A stretch of DNA of 64,000 bases from Octopus sinensis. Taxonomy: Eukaryota. This document shows, one piece after another, positions 25,055 through 37,939 of the stretch. The notes under the pieces are model-generated. The model had not been told where the DNA came from. It saw only the letters and a list, made by a program, of their open reading frames with translations, and did not search any database. How positions within the stretch are numbered: the stretch's first letter is position 1; every line of letters starts with the position of its first letter. The position numbers and the translations under genes are program-made. The stretch lies in assembly GCF_006345805.1 (NCBI RefSeq), contig NC_043017.1, positions 7,440,001-7,504,000 on the forward strand, read 5' to 3'.

Positions 25055-25954
25055 GTGTCACAAGAACTGATCGTTTTTAGGGTATCATAATAACCAGTAA
25101 TATACTGTGTCATAATAACTGCAGTAAATATATAGGGGCTGAGACAGTGACCTGTAGTATTTGGCTCTTTTCCTAGTAAAAAAGATTATACATCAATACA
25201 TACCTACATACATACTATATATATACACACACACATATATATCATGTATGTATGCTTGTATCTATATGCACTTACACACATACACACACACGAGCTGATC
25301 TGATCTAGGTAACAGTTGATACAGTTCATTACCAAAATGCCAGCAGTGCCAAAATATTTGGCCAACAAAAGAATTCTATAAAGAAGGGAATTAAATACGA
25401 GTCAATAAGAAATGTGGTTGTTGTTATTGTTGTTGTTGTTGTGATGTTTGTTTTCTGAAGAACTATTGTTTTGGTCTCTTTGGTGGAGCTGTTGTCGTTG
25501 TTTTTATTTATTGTACCAATGTTCAACAGAATAGCTTCATTAACTGCCCTCACCCACACACACACACACACACACACCGATACGCTACCTTCATCAACTG
25601 CACAATTTGTGATATTTCGTTATTTGGTTGTGGTGGAAAAAAAAAATTGAAAAGAAAATTCTTTCACGTCCTACATTCAAAACACACACATACATGTATA
25701 TTCCCACACATGCCAACTATATTTACATACATGCATTCAGACATGTATACTTGCATCAGTATTCTTTTATTTTGAATATGTGCTTGTGTTGTGTGTGTAT
25801 GTGTATATATATATATGTGTATACATATATATACATACATACATACATACAAGTTTTGGCACTTGCATTTTGTCTCTAACTTCTCAGTAACTGCGTAACT
25901 GACAACATGTATTTGTATGTATGCATGTAAAAATGTACGTTTATGTACACACAC

Positions 25955-26258
25955 ACAGTCATTTGAATATGGCCATGCTGGAGCACCGCCTTTATCAAAC
26001 AAATTGACCCCAGTATTTATTCTTTGTAAGCCTAGTACTTATTCTATTGATCCCTTTGTCGAACTGCTAAGCTACGAGAACATAAAATTAATAACATCGG
26101 TTGTCAATGCTGGAGGGATAAACACACACACAAACATACACGTATATACAACGGGCTTCTTTCAGTTTCCATCTACCAAATCCTCTCACAAGGCTTTGGT
26201 CGGTCTGAGGCTATAGTAGAAGACACGTGCTGAAGGTGCCATGCAGTGGGGCTGAACA
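25955..26258 (-). mobile_element. SINE family A, partial
   Basis: Homology. Confidence 0.8.
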
Positions 26259-26417
26259 CAGTATTTCAACAAACACGGCCTATACACAGTTAATTTTAAA
26301 ACTTTATATAAATCCCTTACTTGAAAACCAACTGGGTTGGCATCGGGGAGAAGTATTCAGCCGTCAAAGTTCTGCTTCAGTTTCCGAAGCCATGCTCGCA
26401 TACAAAGACAGACAATA

Positions 26418-26612
26418 ACCCATTAGCTTATAGATTCACATTGTTTTGAATTAATCTTACATTATCTTCTAGCTTTGAAATTTTGATTATGCGATTGTTT
26501 ATTTTTAGAATGACATTGTAGGGTATGTGTGAGAGGTTGAATCCGACCAGTTTGAACATAAAACAGGTAGAATATTTGGGCCTGATATTGGCTGGTTTAA
26601 ATGCTAAAAGTT
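26418..26612. mobile_element. piggyBac-like MITE family P1
   Basis: CCCATTAGC..ATGCTAAAAGT|TTAA, homology to other P1 copies. Confidence 0.7.
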
Positions 26613-26876
26613 TAAATCAGAATGAAACAAAATGAATATGATCTTGATCTATTTAAATTCAGCCTAATGTTGGCAGCTTCCTTCATTCTTATCAGTTATT
26701 TATTACCATCTCATTTTGTAAAGTATAAAAGCCATCTCAATATGGCTAACCACAAAGGGGAGGAGGTGTTACTGTAGCTTTTTAGCCCCAGGAGATCATC
26801 GTCTCCAGCTGGCTTTAGACACACTTTCTGTGCCCTTTAGGTATTTGCAAAGGGAGGCCATCCCTTTCTCGTAAGC

Positions 26877-26941
26877 CTGAGTGATACGCACCGGACCGGT
26901 TTCGAGATTGTTGTCTCTTATCAACGGGCGGTAATCACCAG
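26877..26941 (-). ncRNA. type-I hammerhead motif with extended stem I (two core substitutions)
   Basis: Minus strand: CTGGTGATTACCGCCCG-tTGATaA-GAGA[CAACAA]TCTC-GAAACCGGTC-CGGTGCGTATCACTCAG. Confidence 0.7.
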
Positions 26942-27129
26942 ATCACGATGAAAGACAAGGCCTGTTTGCAAATATATAAGAGCTTTACTAGTGACGTCTG
27001 CCACTAATTTCGAAAAACTGACTGTAAGCATTATTAAATCTCAGAACGAGATGTAAACAGTAATCGCTCGACAATGTATTTTATTTCATTTTATTTCCTT
27101 TTATTAGCACCTCTATTATCATTTGTCGT

Positions 27130-27390
27130 GTTGATGCCATGTAGAAATCCTCCAGTACACACTGTAAAGTGGTTGGTGTTTGGAAGGGCATCCAGCTGTA
27201 AAAACCATGCCAAAACTGACCTCGCCTGTGCTTGTGCCACATAAAAAGCACTCGACCCACTCTGCTGTATGGTTGCTTTTAAAAACCCTGCCAAAACAGA
27301 AGCTTTGTGCAGGCCCCTGCCTGGCCAGCTGTTGACAAACTGTTCAACCCATGCCAGCATGGAAGGCAGACATTAAATGATGATAGTGAT
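27130..27390 (+). mobile_element. family D
   Basis: Homology. Confidence 0.8.
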
Positions 27391-27431
27391 AGATCTATCT
27401 AGAACTGTATGTTGTTTTTCTTTTTCTTTAA

Positions 27432-27647
27432 CCCTTTCGTTACTGTATTTATTTTGAGATGCTCTGTGTTTCTCTCAATTACTTTAAATATAACAATTTA
27501 GTAAAATAACTTAGTTATCATTCAGCTGGTGTTAGGAACATAAATTGTGACTAAAGTTTGGTGGAAGATTTTAATTCAAAACTTATAAAAACAAGACATT
27601 TGTACTCAGAGCCAGGGCCGGTTTCAGCCAAGTTGGTAATGAAAGGG
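27432..27647. mobile_element. piggyBac-like MITE family P2, intact
   Basis: TTAA|CCCTTTCGTTAC..GTAATGAAAGGG|TTAA (TIR 11/12). Confidence 0.92.
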
Positions 27648-28335
27648 TTAATAGAAGGATGGGGTGTGATTTGGATACCTATTTTCTCACAGGATTGAGC
27701 AATCAGCCAAATAGAAACTACCTTCCTGGTTCAGATTGCAATTTTGTGTGTGTGTGCGTGTACATGTGAAAGAAAGAGAAAGCGGATGTGTTGGTGTTGT
27801 TCAGTGATACTAGGATGTCCTGTCCCTCGATGTATGATATCTTTGAGGATTCTGTTTGGTGGACGAACAGTAGATATTTCCTGTTATTACACATCACCGT
27901 AGCCCAGTTCACTTCAACAATCAACCAGTCAAACATTTCAGTTGTGGTACAATGAACTTTTGTGCCTTCTATTTCTTCCTGAAGGTCTTAGATCCTGGCT
28001 GCTGCCACTCACATTCATATATGCAGCAACATCTGTGTATGAGTGGTGTGTGTGTATGTGTACATGCATTCATATACCCGAATATGAACACTACACACAC
28101 ACACATACATTTATTTTATATACATCATATCAATGTCTGTTAACATGCAAAATTGTGGTTATTTAAAAAGACCGCTCGTACTAGCACCACCACATGCTGC
28201 TGCTGCCGCTGCTGCTACTACTGCTACTACTACTACTACCAATACTACTACTACTACCAATACTACTACAGATACTAGCGATCCTGCCACTACCACCTGA
28301 CTATTTACTATTTGATATAATCGTTAATTATAACT

Positions 28336-28625
28336 TGAGGCTGACCAAAGTCTTGTGAATGGATTTGGTTAATGGAAACTAAATAGAAGCCTGCTGTGTA
28401 TGTATATATGTATGTATATATTTGTATTCCCTTTGTCTTGACTTTGCATGGTGGTGGTAAATGGGTGTCATTCATTTCCAGTATTCTGTGTAAACATGTC
28501 TGGTGGTGGGGAAATATGACCTTGTTCGGAAACGGGTGAGGGTTGGCCACAGGAAGGGCACGCACCCAACCATAGAAAATGTGTCCAAGCACAGTGAAGT
28601 GGACATCAAAATGATGATGATGATG
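28336..28625 (+). mobile_element. family E chimeric SINE
   Basis: A-like body, D-like tail with (GAT)n. Confidence 0.65.
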
Positions 28626-28632
28626 ATAATTA

Positions 28633-28843
28633 TTTCAAATTTTGGTTCAAGGCCAGCAATTTTGGGAGAGGGCATAAGTCGATTACATCAACCCCAGTAT
28701 TCAACAGGTACTTAATTTATCAACCCTGAAAGGATGAAAGGTAAAGTTAACCTCAACGGAATTTGAACTCAGAACAGAACAATGGGCAAAATACCACTTA
28801 GTATTTCATCCAGCAGGTTAATGATTCTGCCAGCTCGCCACCT
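28633..28843 (-). mobile_element. SINE family B2
   Basis: B head and core with GGCCTTGAACCAAAATTTGAAA tail. Confidence 0.8.
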
Positions 28844-28862
28844 TAATGATGATGATGATGAT

Positions 28863-29280
28863 AAACACCATACTAGTTGTTCATCCTTTGATGCACCTGG
28901 ACACATCATCCGTGATATTTCCAAGGGTCGTTAGGTATTTCGGGCCTTTCGGCAATCAGACAACCTCACCCAGTTGACCCAACAGGTTTGGTCAAGTCCT
29001 GGCTTGTGTCCAGTTCGCTTCACTCTTTCGGGTCTTACACCTCTTGATCCACCACAGCCACCTTGAGACAGTCTTTACTACCCCAATAGCTAATTTGGTG
29101 GCCTTCTGCTTACTAGTGCCCCTTTGTCATGTCCAGCATGTTTTAGGCTTTACACTGGGGCTGACCCACAAATTCTCTGCACCTTGCTTGTCACTCATTG
29201 CTTCCAACATAACTTCACCAGCTCAGCACACATCATCTTCTTTCTCCCATTTACAGCCCCATAATGGTCCTCCCAGGGAA
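28863..29280 (-). mobile_element. HERO-like RLE non-LTR retrotransposon 3' remnant
   Basis: Minus strand: PWEDHYGAVNGRKKMMCAELV..CREFVG..SRWLWWIKR, followed by a 3' UTR (GGACACAAGCC..CCCGAAA..GATGATGTGTCC) resembling recalled HERO 3' UTRs. Confidence 0.7.
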
Positions 29281-29295
29281 TGAAAGATGGAACCC

Positions 29296-29541
29296 TTACT
29301 CTTTTACTCTTTTACTTGTTTCAGTCATTTGACTGCGGCCATGATGGAGCACCGCCTTTAGTCGAGCAAATCAACCCCGGGACTTATTCTTTGTAAGCCC
29401 AGTACTTATTCTATCGGTCTCTTTTGCCGAACCGCTAAGTGACGGGGACGTAAACACACCAGCATCGGTTGTCAAGCAATGCTAGGGGAACAAACACAGA
29501 CACACAAACATACACACAAATACATATATATATATATATAT

Positions 29542-29590
<49 letters not shown>

Positions 29591-29779
29591 ATATATATAT
29601 ACATACATACATATATACGACGGGCTTCTTTCAGTTTCCGTCTACCAAATCCACTCACAAGGCATTGGTCGGCCCGAGGCTATAGTAGAAGACACTTGCC
29701 CAAGGTGCCACGCAGTGGGACTGAACCTGGAACCATGTGGTTCGTAAGCAAGCTACTTACCACACAGCCACTCCTGCGC
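29296..29779 (-). mobile_element. SINE family A, full length, young
   Basis: CpG-intact; long internal (TA)n. Confidence 0.92.
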
Positions 29780-30391
29780 ATACAATTTTAAAAAATTATG
29801 GATCCCATACCCATATTTTATGGACAGCTCTTACTTTTGCTATCATCATCATCATTAGCAGCAACAACAACAACAACTCCAGTTCTGTTGGAACTCCTAG
29901 AATCTTAGAGATGTAGCAGGCTAGCTCCCTGCAGCCTGTGGTACCATATTTGTTCTTTTCAACTATCTCATACTTCCCTGATTATTCTGGCCATGCCAAG
30001 TAGTCAAACCTTTTGTAACAGTTCCACTGGACACTCTATTCGGATTCCTGGTTAATTCCTCTGTTTTATAGAAATTAGTTTTTTTATTCAATTTATTCAA
30101 AGACACCTTTTCCACTTTGGAAAACATTGGCACGTTAAGTAGATAAAATATGATAAGAGAAACATGTAGACAGATTGATGGATAGATAGTTAGACAGACA
30201 GATCAACTGAGAAACAGACAGGTAATTAAGATTGTGTTATTTAATACAAAAAGCATTAAAAGTGAGCTGGAAATAATTGTGTGGTGAGACAGGCAGATAG
30301 ACTAAGTTGTGCAGACATATCTTATACATATAACATTAAAAACTACCTTGAAATAAATACGTGAGAAAAGAAAAATGCCATATTACGAGTT

Positions 30392-30897
30392 ATCATCATC
30401 ACCATCATTTTTTGTCCAGGGGGGGGAGTCTCTGGGTGGGTTGCATGGCTTGATAGGAGCTGGTAAGATAGAGTGGTGCTCCACAACCATTATGCCGTGG
30501 CACACTGGTGTGCCATGAGACCATGCTAGGTGTGCCACAGTGTAACCTGAATATAATTTTTTTCCCTATACTTTTAGTTGTATTTTTAGTTCAGGTGTGC
30601 CGCCAAAATTTTGAAAAGAATATAAATGTACCGCAAGTGCAAAAAGGTTGCGGAGCAGTGAGATAGAGGGTTGCACCAGGCTCCAGTCATCTGTGTTTGG
30701 CTTGGTTTCTATAGTGAATGCCCTTCCAAATGCCAACCACTTTACAGAGTGCATTGGGTGCTTTTTTACATGGTGCCAGCATAAGTGCTCTTTATGTGAC
30801 ACCAGCATGGGTGTCCTCTACATGGCACCAGCACAGGTGCTCTCCACATGGCACCAGCACAGGTGCTCTCCACATGGCACCAGCACAGGTGTTTTTA
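30392..30897 (-). mobile_element. family D, interrupted by a hAT MITE, with a 26-bp internal tandem
   Basis: ACATGGCACCAGCACAGGTGCTCTCC repeats at 30820-30890. Confidence 0.8.
30474..30660. mobile_element. hAT-like MITE
   Basis: TIRs TGGTGCTCCACAACC / GGTTGCGGAGCAGTG; perfect 8-bp TSD AGATAGAG at 30466-30473 and 30661-30668. Confidence 0.88.
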
Positions 30898-31667
30898 ACA
30901 TAGTCTTGTGTTTCTGGCAAATACAAGGGAGACAACTTCAGACAAGTTTCAATCTGTGACCTCATCGGCCAAGCGTTATCTTCACCATACTTGCTGGAAT
31001 CACTATACAATAGGGTATATGCTGTTGCATGTTCTTCAGATTTCAAGTGTAACACACACACACACATGATCTCAGTGATTTAACGAATTATCTTTCTGTA
31101 CGGTAAGCACATTTTGGTTAACATACTTTAACAAATAACTGATGAAAGTACCGTAAAATCTATGATGGATATGATATCCTTCTTACTTTGATGGTTTAAC
31201 ACAAGGCTTTTACTGATACCATTTGATATTCCATGGTTTAGTATGCTGCTATGTTGATATGAAAACATCAACAACAACAACAACACTATTGAACGTGTTA
31301 TTCGATATCTTAGGAGATTCTTGGATCAGTCTGCGACTTCTTCATCTTTTGGCTTCATTTCCTGTGCAATTAGATGCTTATTGTGGACATACGCAACATA
31401 CTTGCATACATACAAAACATGTACAACCATTCACACATACACACAAACAAATATCCAAAAGTGTGTACATATATGCATATACGCATACATGCAAGCATAC
31501 ATATATATATATGCCTATACATATACACACACAAACATACAAACATGAGTATATGTATATCTACTGTGTGTGTGTATGTGTGTATACATATCCACACACA
31601 TCTCCTTACAATGGTATGCGCACATACAACAAACATATATATATGTGTGTGTATATGTGTATGTGTG

Positions 31668-31709
<42 letters not shown>

Positions 31710-31845
31710 GGCACGTACGTATATGGGTTGGGTGATAGGAATTCTTATAAGTTATATCCAATAGCCAGTATTTTCATATCAGTAGATGATGTTGGCTTGA
31801 CTTCATAAATAAAAAGAAAAAAAGCAACAACATCAATAATGATAG

Positions 31846-31876
<31 letters not shown>

Positions 31877-32229
31877 CACCAAAATTCTGATTGTTTTACC
31901 AATTGTCATCATTTGTTGTTTGCCACTGGAAAAATTATACTGACAAGATGGCTACGACTCTATCACGGTGGATAACATCTTTCTTGTAGAATAATTCCAA
32001 GAGGTCTTTTTTAAACCATTTACCTACTTAGCTACGTCCATTATATCACTGGATCCTTAAAAAAAAAAAAAAGAGAGAAACACTCAACACTTACACTCAA
32101 CATTCACACTCAACACAAACAAGCCCAAACTACTCATTATTACTTGTTATTTCTCCTACATGTAAGTTTGTTATTTTTTTTTATATTGTTGTGGCTTTTC
32201 TCCTATTGTTTTAATTTGTTTTTGTTGCT

Positions 32230-32835
32230 GATGTTTAGTTATTCCCCTCCTGGGTCAACTTTGAACAGATCTTATCAAAAAAAAAAGAACTATCCCTGCT
32301 GCCATTTAGGATATCGATGTGTCCCTTTTATTCAATTCATCCCTTATTTTTTTTAAAGATATTTTGTGATGTTTTGGTGGTGGGGTGGGGGGGGGGGAGT
32401 TTTAAGCATATGGGATTTGATTTGAAGGAGATGATTTGGCTGCTATTTCTAGCAAACTGAACGGCCTCATAGACACCCTGATCAAAGAAACCTATGATCA
32501 AAAGTGTTCCGGCCATGACTATCACATATTTTCCTCATGTACTGGAAACTGATGACCACATTATCAAATGTGTCCCTTTAAGATGGCAGGGTGTGGTTTG
32601 AGTGAGATTTGACTGCTATTTCTAGCAAGGTGACCGACCATGTAGAGGCTCTTCCACTGGCTCAACTTTTTGTTGTTATTATTGGTGGTGGTGGTGGTGG
32701 TGGTGGTGGTGGTGGTGGTTAGCATCAGGTCAGCCTTAATCAAACATATCTATGTTTAAAGACATTTCAGCAATGACCATCCCGTCCTTTTGGATGTGGA
32801 AGTGGTTATATCTAGAACTACATTATCTGATATTT
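32230..32835 (+). repeat. cluster of an old dispersed repeat (family F)
   Basis: CTATGATCAAA..CCATGAC and GATTTGGCTGCTATTTCTAGCA motifs; also near 22050, 27665, 45400, 45790, 53680 and 58720. Confidence 0.6.
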
Positions 32836-32848
32836 ACCCTCTCTCTCT

Positions 32849-33057
32849 CTCTTTTACTCTTTTACTTGTTTCAGTCATTTGACTGCGGCCATGCTGGAGC
32901 ACCGCCTTTAGTCGAGCAAATTGACCCCGGGACTTATTCTTTGTAAGCCCAGTACTTATTCTATCGGTCTCTTTTGCCGAACCGCTAAGTGACGGGGACG
33001 TAAACACACCAGTATCGGTTGTCAGGCAATGCTAGGGAGACAGACACACAAACACAT

Positions 33058-33100
<43 letters not shown>

Positions 33101-33263
33101 CAACAGGCTTCTTTCAGTTTCCGTCTACCAAATCCACTCACAAGGCATTGGTCAGCCCGGGGCTATAACAGAAGACACTTGCCCGAGATGCCACGCAGTG
33201 GGACTGAACCCGGAACCATGTGGTTGGTTAGCAAGCTACTTACCACACAGCCACTCCTGCGCC
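32849..33263 (-). mobile_element. SINE family A, full length, young
   Basis: Near-identical to 29296-29779. Confidence 0.92.
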
Positions 33264-33848
33264 TTCCATTTTTATTTTTTATTAAAACTGAGGAGAATAA
33301 TTTGATGAAGATTCAGCTATTATTTCTAGCAGATTGAGTGAGATTGCTGTTGTTGTTCTTGTTGTTGTTATTTTTCAAGAGGGAAAGGAATGAGAGAGGA
33401 TTTCAGCCATCCACTCCTGCACTCTAAATCTCTCATTATTAACATTTCATGTTGCTGTGTCACTCAACATGATACCAGATTTCACAAGATTTATAGCTAG
33501 CTTCGTTTACGTAGAATTATTAGATCCACTTGCTGGAAGTCATTAAGGCTTTGCTGCTTACGTATATTACATGATCTTGCCACTGGTCATTCACCATGCC
33601 ATTTCTGGTGTTGCATAAGTATGTATGTACGTACAGCTAATCTCGGATTAACTGCTTGTTCTAGTTTGGTCAACAGGTCAGCAGGACAGCAAACTGTGTG
33701 AGTTTCATATTTTTTTCACTTGCGAAATCTGTTTGATTTTGTTTGGGCTTCGTTAATTTTAGAACCACTGTCAGAAACACAAATGTTTAACCCCTTAGCA
33801 TTCAGGCTGTCAAATGTAACACATAATCATTCATATTGATTTGAATTA

Positions 33849-34339
33849 GGGTAAAGACCCCCTTCGGTCATGGAGTTTGCACCTAGAAAGTTACCCTCCG
33901 AGGCACAAGTTCAGCCAAGGTTGTTTTATGGAAGACCAGCAGTCGCCCATGCATACCAGCCTCCCTCTCCACACCATTATATGTACATAGGGTAAAGGCT
34001 AAAGAGTCACTTCTGTCATGAATGACCATGGGTTTGCACCAAGACTGTTCCCCTTCAAGTCACGAGTCCAGCCAGTGTTGTTTATGGAAGACCAGCAGTT
34101 ACCCATGCATACCAGCCTCCTCTCTCCATGCTGCCCATGTTATCCAGGGGAAAGGCTAAGGCTGATATAGCTTGGTACCAGTGACATTGCAACTCATTTC
34201 TACAGCTGAGTGAACTGGAGCAATGTGAAATAAAGTGTCTTGCTCAAGAACTCAACACACAGCCCGGTCCTGGAATCAAACTCACTACCTCATGATTGTG
34301 AGCCCAATGCTGTAACCACTGAGACATGCACCTTCACAC
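33849..34339 (-). mobile_element. SINE C1 with a doubled 3' tail, inside a P1 MITE remnant
   Basis: TSD TGATTTGAATTA at 33837-33848 and 34340-34351; tail present twice (33849-33975 and from about 33990). Confidence 0.85.
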
Positions 34340-35431
34340 TGATTTGAATTAATTATACATACACACATCCATGCACTTATATGTATGTATGCATATACAA
34401 AGCATTGGTCAACAGAACAATGGTCAAAGAACTTTCTTACCCAAGGTGTAGTACACACACAAATGGGATTGTACCCAGAACCACATTGCTTGCTTTGCAA
34501 AGTTCTTAACTGTTCAGCCATTCCTCTACTCACTCCAACTAAATGTTTTGGTTCCATATAAGGCATAAGTTTTCTGGGTTTGTATTAAAGTAACATTGTA
34601 GTATATAAACATCTCCCTGTCTGCTCTCATGGATCTGAGGTGGTCTGAATGCATGGGACCAACTGGGGAAAGATTTTGTTGAAGCTGAAGGAGATCGCCT
34701 AATTATATAAAATGTATAAAATTAATTAATTTGAAGTCTCTGTGGGTTTTCTCAGCATTTTCTGTTTATAGAATTTTTTCGTTAATGCTATCATCATCAC
34801 TACTATCATCATCATCATATCATCATCATCATCATCACCACCACCACCAATATCACTACCACCACATCATCATCATCACCACCACCACCAATATCACTAC
34901 CACCACATCATCATCATCATCACCACCACCACACCACCAATATCAATACCACCACATTATCATCATCATCATTACCACTGCTGCCATCACCACCACCATC
35001 ATCGTTGTCATCATCATTTTCCTTAAATAATTCCCCATTTCTAAGATAATATTTGTATTTTAAATATCTGATTTTTTTTTAAATGTTATTTATTCAGCAA
35101 AATTTAAAAAAGCAAAAGAAAACCCCAGCATGACCAGTTCTTGTGTTCAATTCCTTATGAACTCAACTTTGCTTGTCATCCTTCCAGTGTTGAAAAACTA
35201 AAGTACCAGTCAAGTACCATGGTTCAATCACATTGACTATCAACTATTTCTCCCCCCTCTCAAAATTGCTGGCCTTGTGACTAAGTCAGAAACCATTATT
35301 ATTGTTGCTGTTGTTATTGTTGTTTCCCACTTTTTGTGTGCTGTATTTCATCTTGAGATGTTGGCCTCAACATCTTGGGTCCTTGTGGCCAATAAAAGAA
35401 ATCATCATCATCATCATCATATGAAGGTATA

Positions 35432-35593
35432 GGTGCAGGAGTTGCTGTGTGATAAGTAGCTTGCTTACCAACTACATGGTTCCAGGTTCAGTCCCACTAT
35501 GTGGCACCTTGAGCAAGTGTCTTCTACTATAGCTTCGGGCTGACCAAAGCCTTGCGAGTGGATTTGGTAGACAGAAACTGAAAGAAGCTCGTC

Positions 35594-35634
<41 letters not shown>

Positions 35635-35843
35635 CTTGTGTGTCTGTGTTTGTGCCCCAGCATCGCTTGACAACTGATGCTGGTGTGTTTATGTCCCCGT
35701 CACTTAGCAGTTCGGCAAAAGAGACCGATAGAATAAGTACTAGGCTTACAAAGAATAAGCCCTGGGGTCGATTTCTTCAACTAAAGGCGGTGCTCCAGCA
35801 TGGCCACAGTCAGATGACTGAAACAAGTAAAAGAGAGTAAAAG
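35432..35843 (+). mobile_element. SINE family A, full length
   Basis: Complete head and tail. Confidence 0.9.
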
Positions 35844-35845
35844 AA

Positions 35846-36230
35846 AGGTAGTGAGCTGGCAGAACCTGTAGCATGCCAAGCAAAATGCTTAGTGGTATTT
35901 CATCAGTCTTGACGTTCTGAGTTCAAATCCCGCCGAGGTTGACTTTGCCTTTCAACCTGTTTGAGGTCAATGAAATAAGTACCAGTCGAGTACTGTGGTC
36001 GATGTAATCAACTTACCATTCTTCCAAAATTCCAGGCCTTGTGCCTTTAGTAGAAAGGATTCATGGAATTTCACCCGTCTTTATGTTCTGAGTTCAAATG
36101 TTGCTAAGGGCGACTTTGCTTCTCATCCTTTAGGGGTTGATAAAGTAAGTACCAGCTGAACACTGGGGTCAGTGTAATCGACTATCCCCCTCCCCTGAAA
36201 TTGCTGGCCTTGTACTAAAATCTGAAACCG
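35846..36230 (+). mobile_element. two head-to-tail SINE B2 copies
   Basis: Core GACTTTGC.T.TCA.CCT twice. Confidence 0.8.
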
Positions 36231-36261
36231 TTATTGTTGTTGTTATTGTTATTTGTTGTTG

Positions 36262-36316
<55 letters not shown>

Positions 36317-36411
36317 GTTTTTGTTGTTGTTGTTATTTTAACATGTTGACCTTTATGTCTATTATGTTGAGTGAGAGGGAGAAAGACAGAGAGATAGAAA
36401 GAGTGAGAGAG

Positions 36412-37254
36412 TATCACAACAAATATCTTTCAGGATCATTCAGATTTTCTTTCTTCCCTTATATTTCAAGAATTTCCTTCAGGATCTGAACCACCGTCCC
36501 CTAATTGTGCCGTCTTTTCTGAAGAAGAAACTCTGTACGTATCTCAGTTCCAAACTTGGCAATCTGCTTATTTTAGTGTAAGTAGTTACCATCCCAAAGA
36601 CACCTCCTACCTCTAGTCGTATGGCTTCAACCTCCATTCATGCCCCACACCTTGTAAACCTTGTAAATTTCTCTCATCAAGTTTAGATATTGCTCAGCCT
36701 TTTCCCTTCCCTTTTCCATCTCCTTCTGTTATCACAACCTCTGTTATCCCCCACATAGGGATGCTACATTAATCATCCATTTCTGGCTTTCTTCCACCTC
36801 CTCAATGATAACAATATCTGGTCTTCTTACCTGTACCTCATGATCACATTCGATGTTGCAGTCTCCAAAACTAACCTCGCTTTACCTGACACTTTCCCTG
36901 AGTCTGGCTGGTGTTCTCACCATTTTCCTCTTCTGTCCAGCTTGTGTATGTCTCTCATAATTTCCAGTATACAACCCTAGCAATGTTATCCTGCCCCCCC
37001 TCTGTCGTATTTCCTTTGTGCCGGTGTTCTGCATTCCTTTACACTATGTCTGATTGTTTCTCTTTTCATTTCATAGAGTCTACAGTGTTGTCAATGTTAT
37101 ATTCGATGTAATTTCTTCCGAGAGATTTTTCTTGTGCTACACACACACACACACACACGCACACACATAACATCTTCAGTCTCAACTTTTGCATCAACTT
37201 ATCGATTCTACTTACCGTGTTACTTATAAAATGACCATGCAATAATTTATCCAC
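36412..37254 (-). mobile_element. R4/Dong-like RLE LINE C-terminal remnant, copy 1
   Basis: Minus-strand motifs KLLHGHF, AQEKSLGRNY, CRL..ETIRH..EC, DNIARVVYWKL, DCNIECDHEVQVRRPDIVII (RLE). Confidence 0.8.
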
Positions 37255-37296
37255 TTTATTATTATTATTGTTATTATTATTATTATTATTATTATT

Positions 37297-37831
37297 GAGT
37301 GAGAGAGCAGTTCATGCCATCAAAGTGACACTGGGGTAAAATATACAAGTCAAGTATACCCGTCATGACTACCCGTCTGATAAGGGTACACCAGGTAGAT
37401 GCATCACAACCATACGTACGTGACATGGTGATCTCCTATGAATATAAACAGCGCATGACCTTGCAGGTGGGGCCCAGTTAGAATTTTCTTCAGGTCAAGT
37501 AACCCATCCCGTTCAAAAGGTACATGAATAAGAGTTGTTTAAGGATGTTGAACGAAACACCCATGTTTCCAGAGGTGAATTATCCAAACCCCAAATGAAT
37601 TCCTCTTAACACATGGCTACGATGCTCCCCCACTACTCGTGATCAGAGATGCACATATCATCAACCACCAAGGGACATGGTCAAACAAGTGACAAGCAAA
37701 TCTGTGGTATTGAGCAGAATATTTGCTGTAGCCCATCTTTTATACCAAGACAAAACAATGTACATGATAACACTTCCAATCAGTTAAGATCAGAAGCCAT
37801 GAGAGTCACTGCCTGGTATTGCAACAGGGCA
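37297..37831. mobile_element. unclassified 535-bp element flanked on both sides by (TTA)n
   Basis: Sharp boundaries with (ATT)n tracts; no TIR or credible ORF. Confidence 0.55.
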
Positions 37832-37939
37832 TTTATTATTATTATTATTATTGTTGTTGTTGTTTCAACCAGCTGCTCTTTACGTCTAGTGTTTTATGTT
37901 GAAAGAGAGAAAGTGTGTGTGTGTGTGTGTGTGTGTGTG

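Noticed and set aside
37770-37831. HDV-like ribozyme at the end of the (TTA)n-flanked element
   Set aside because: I could not assemble P1/P1.1 pairing by eye.
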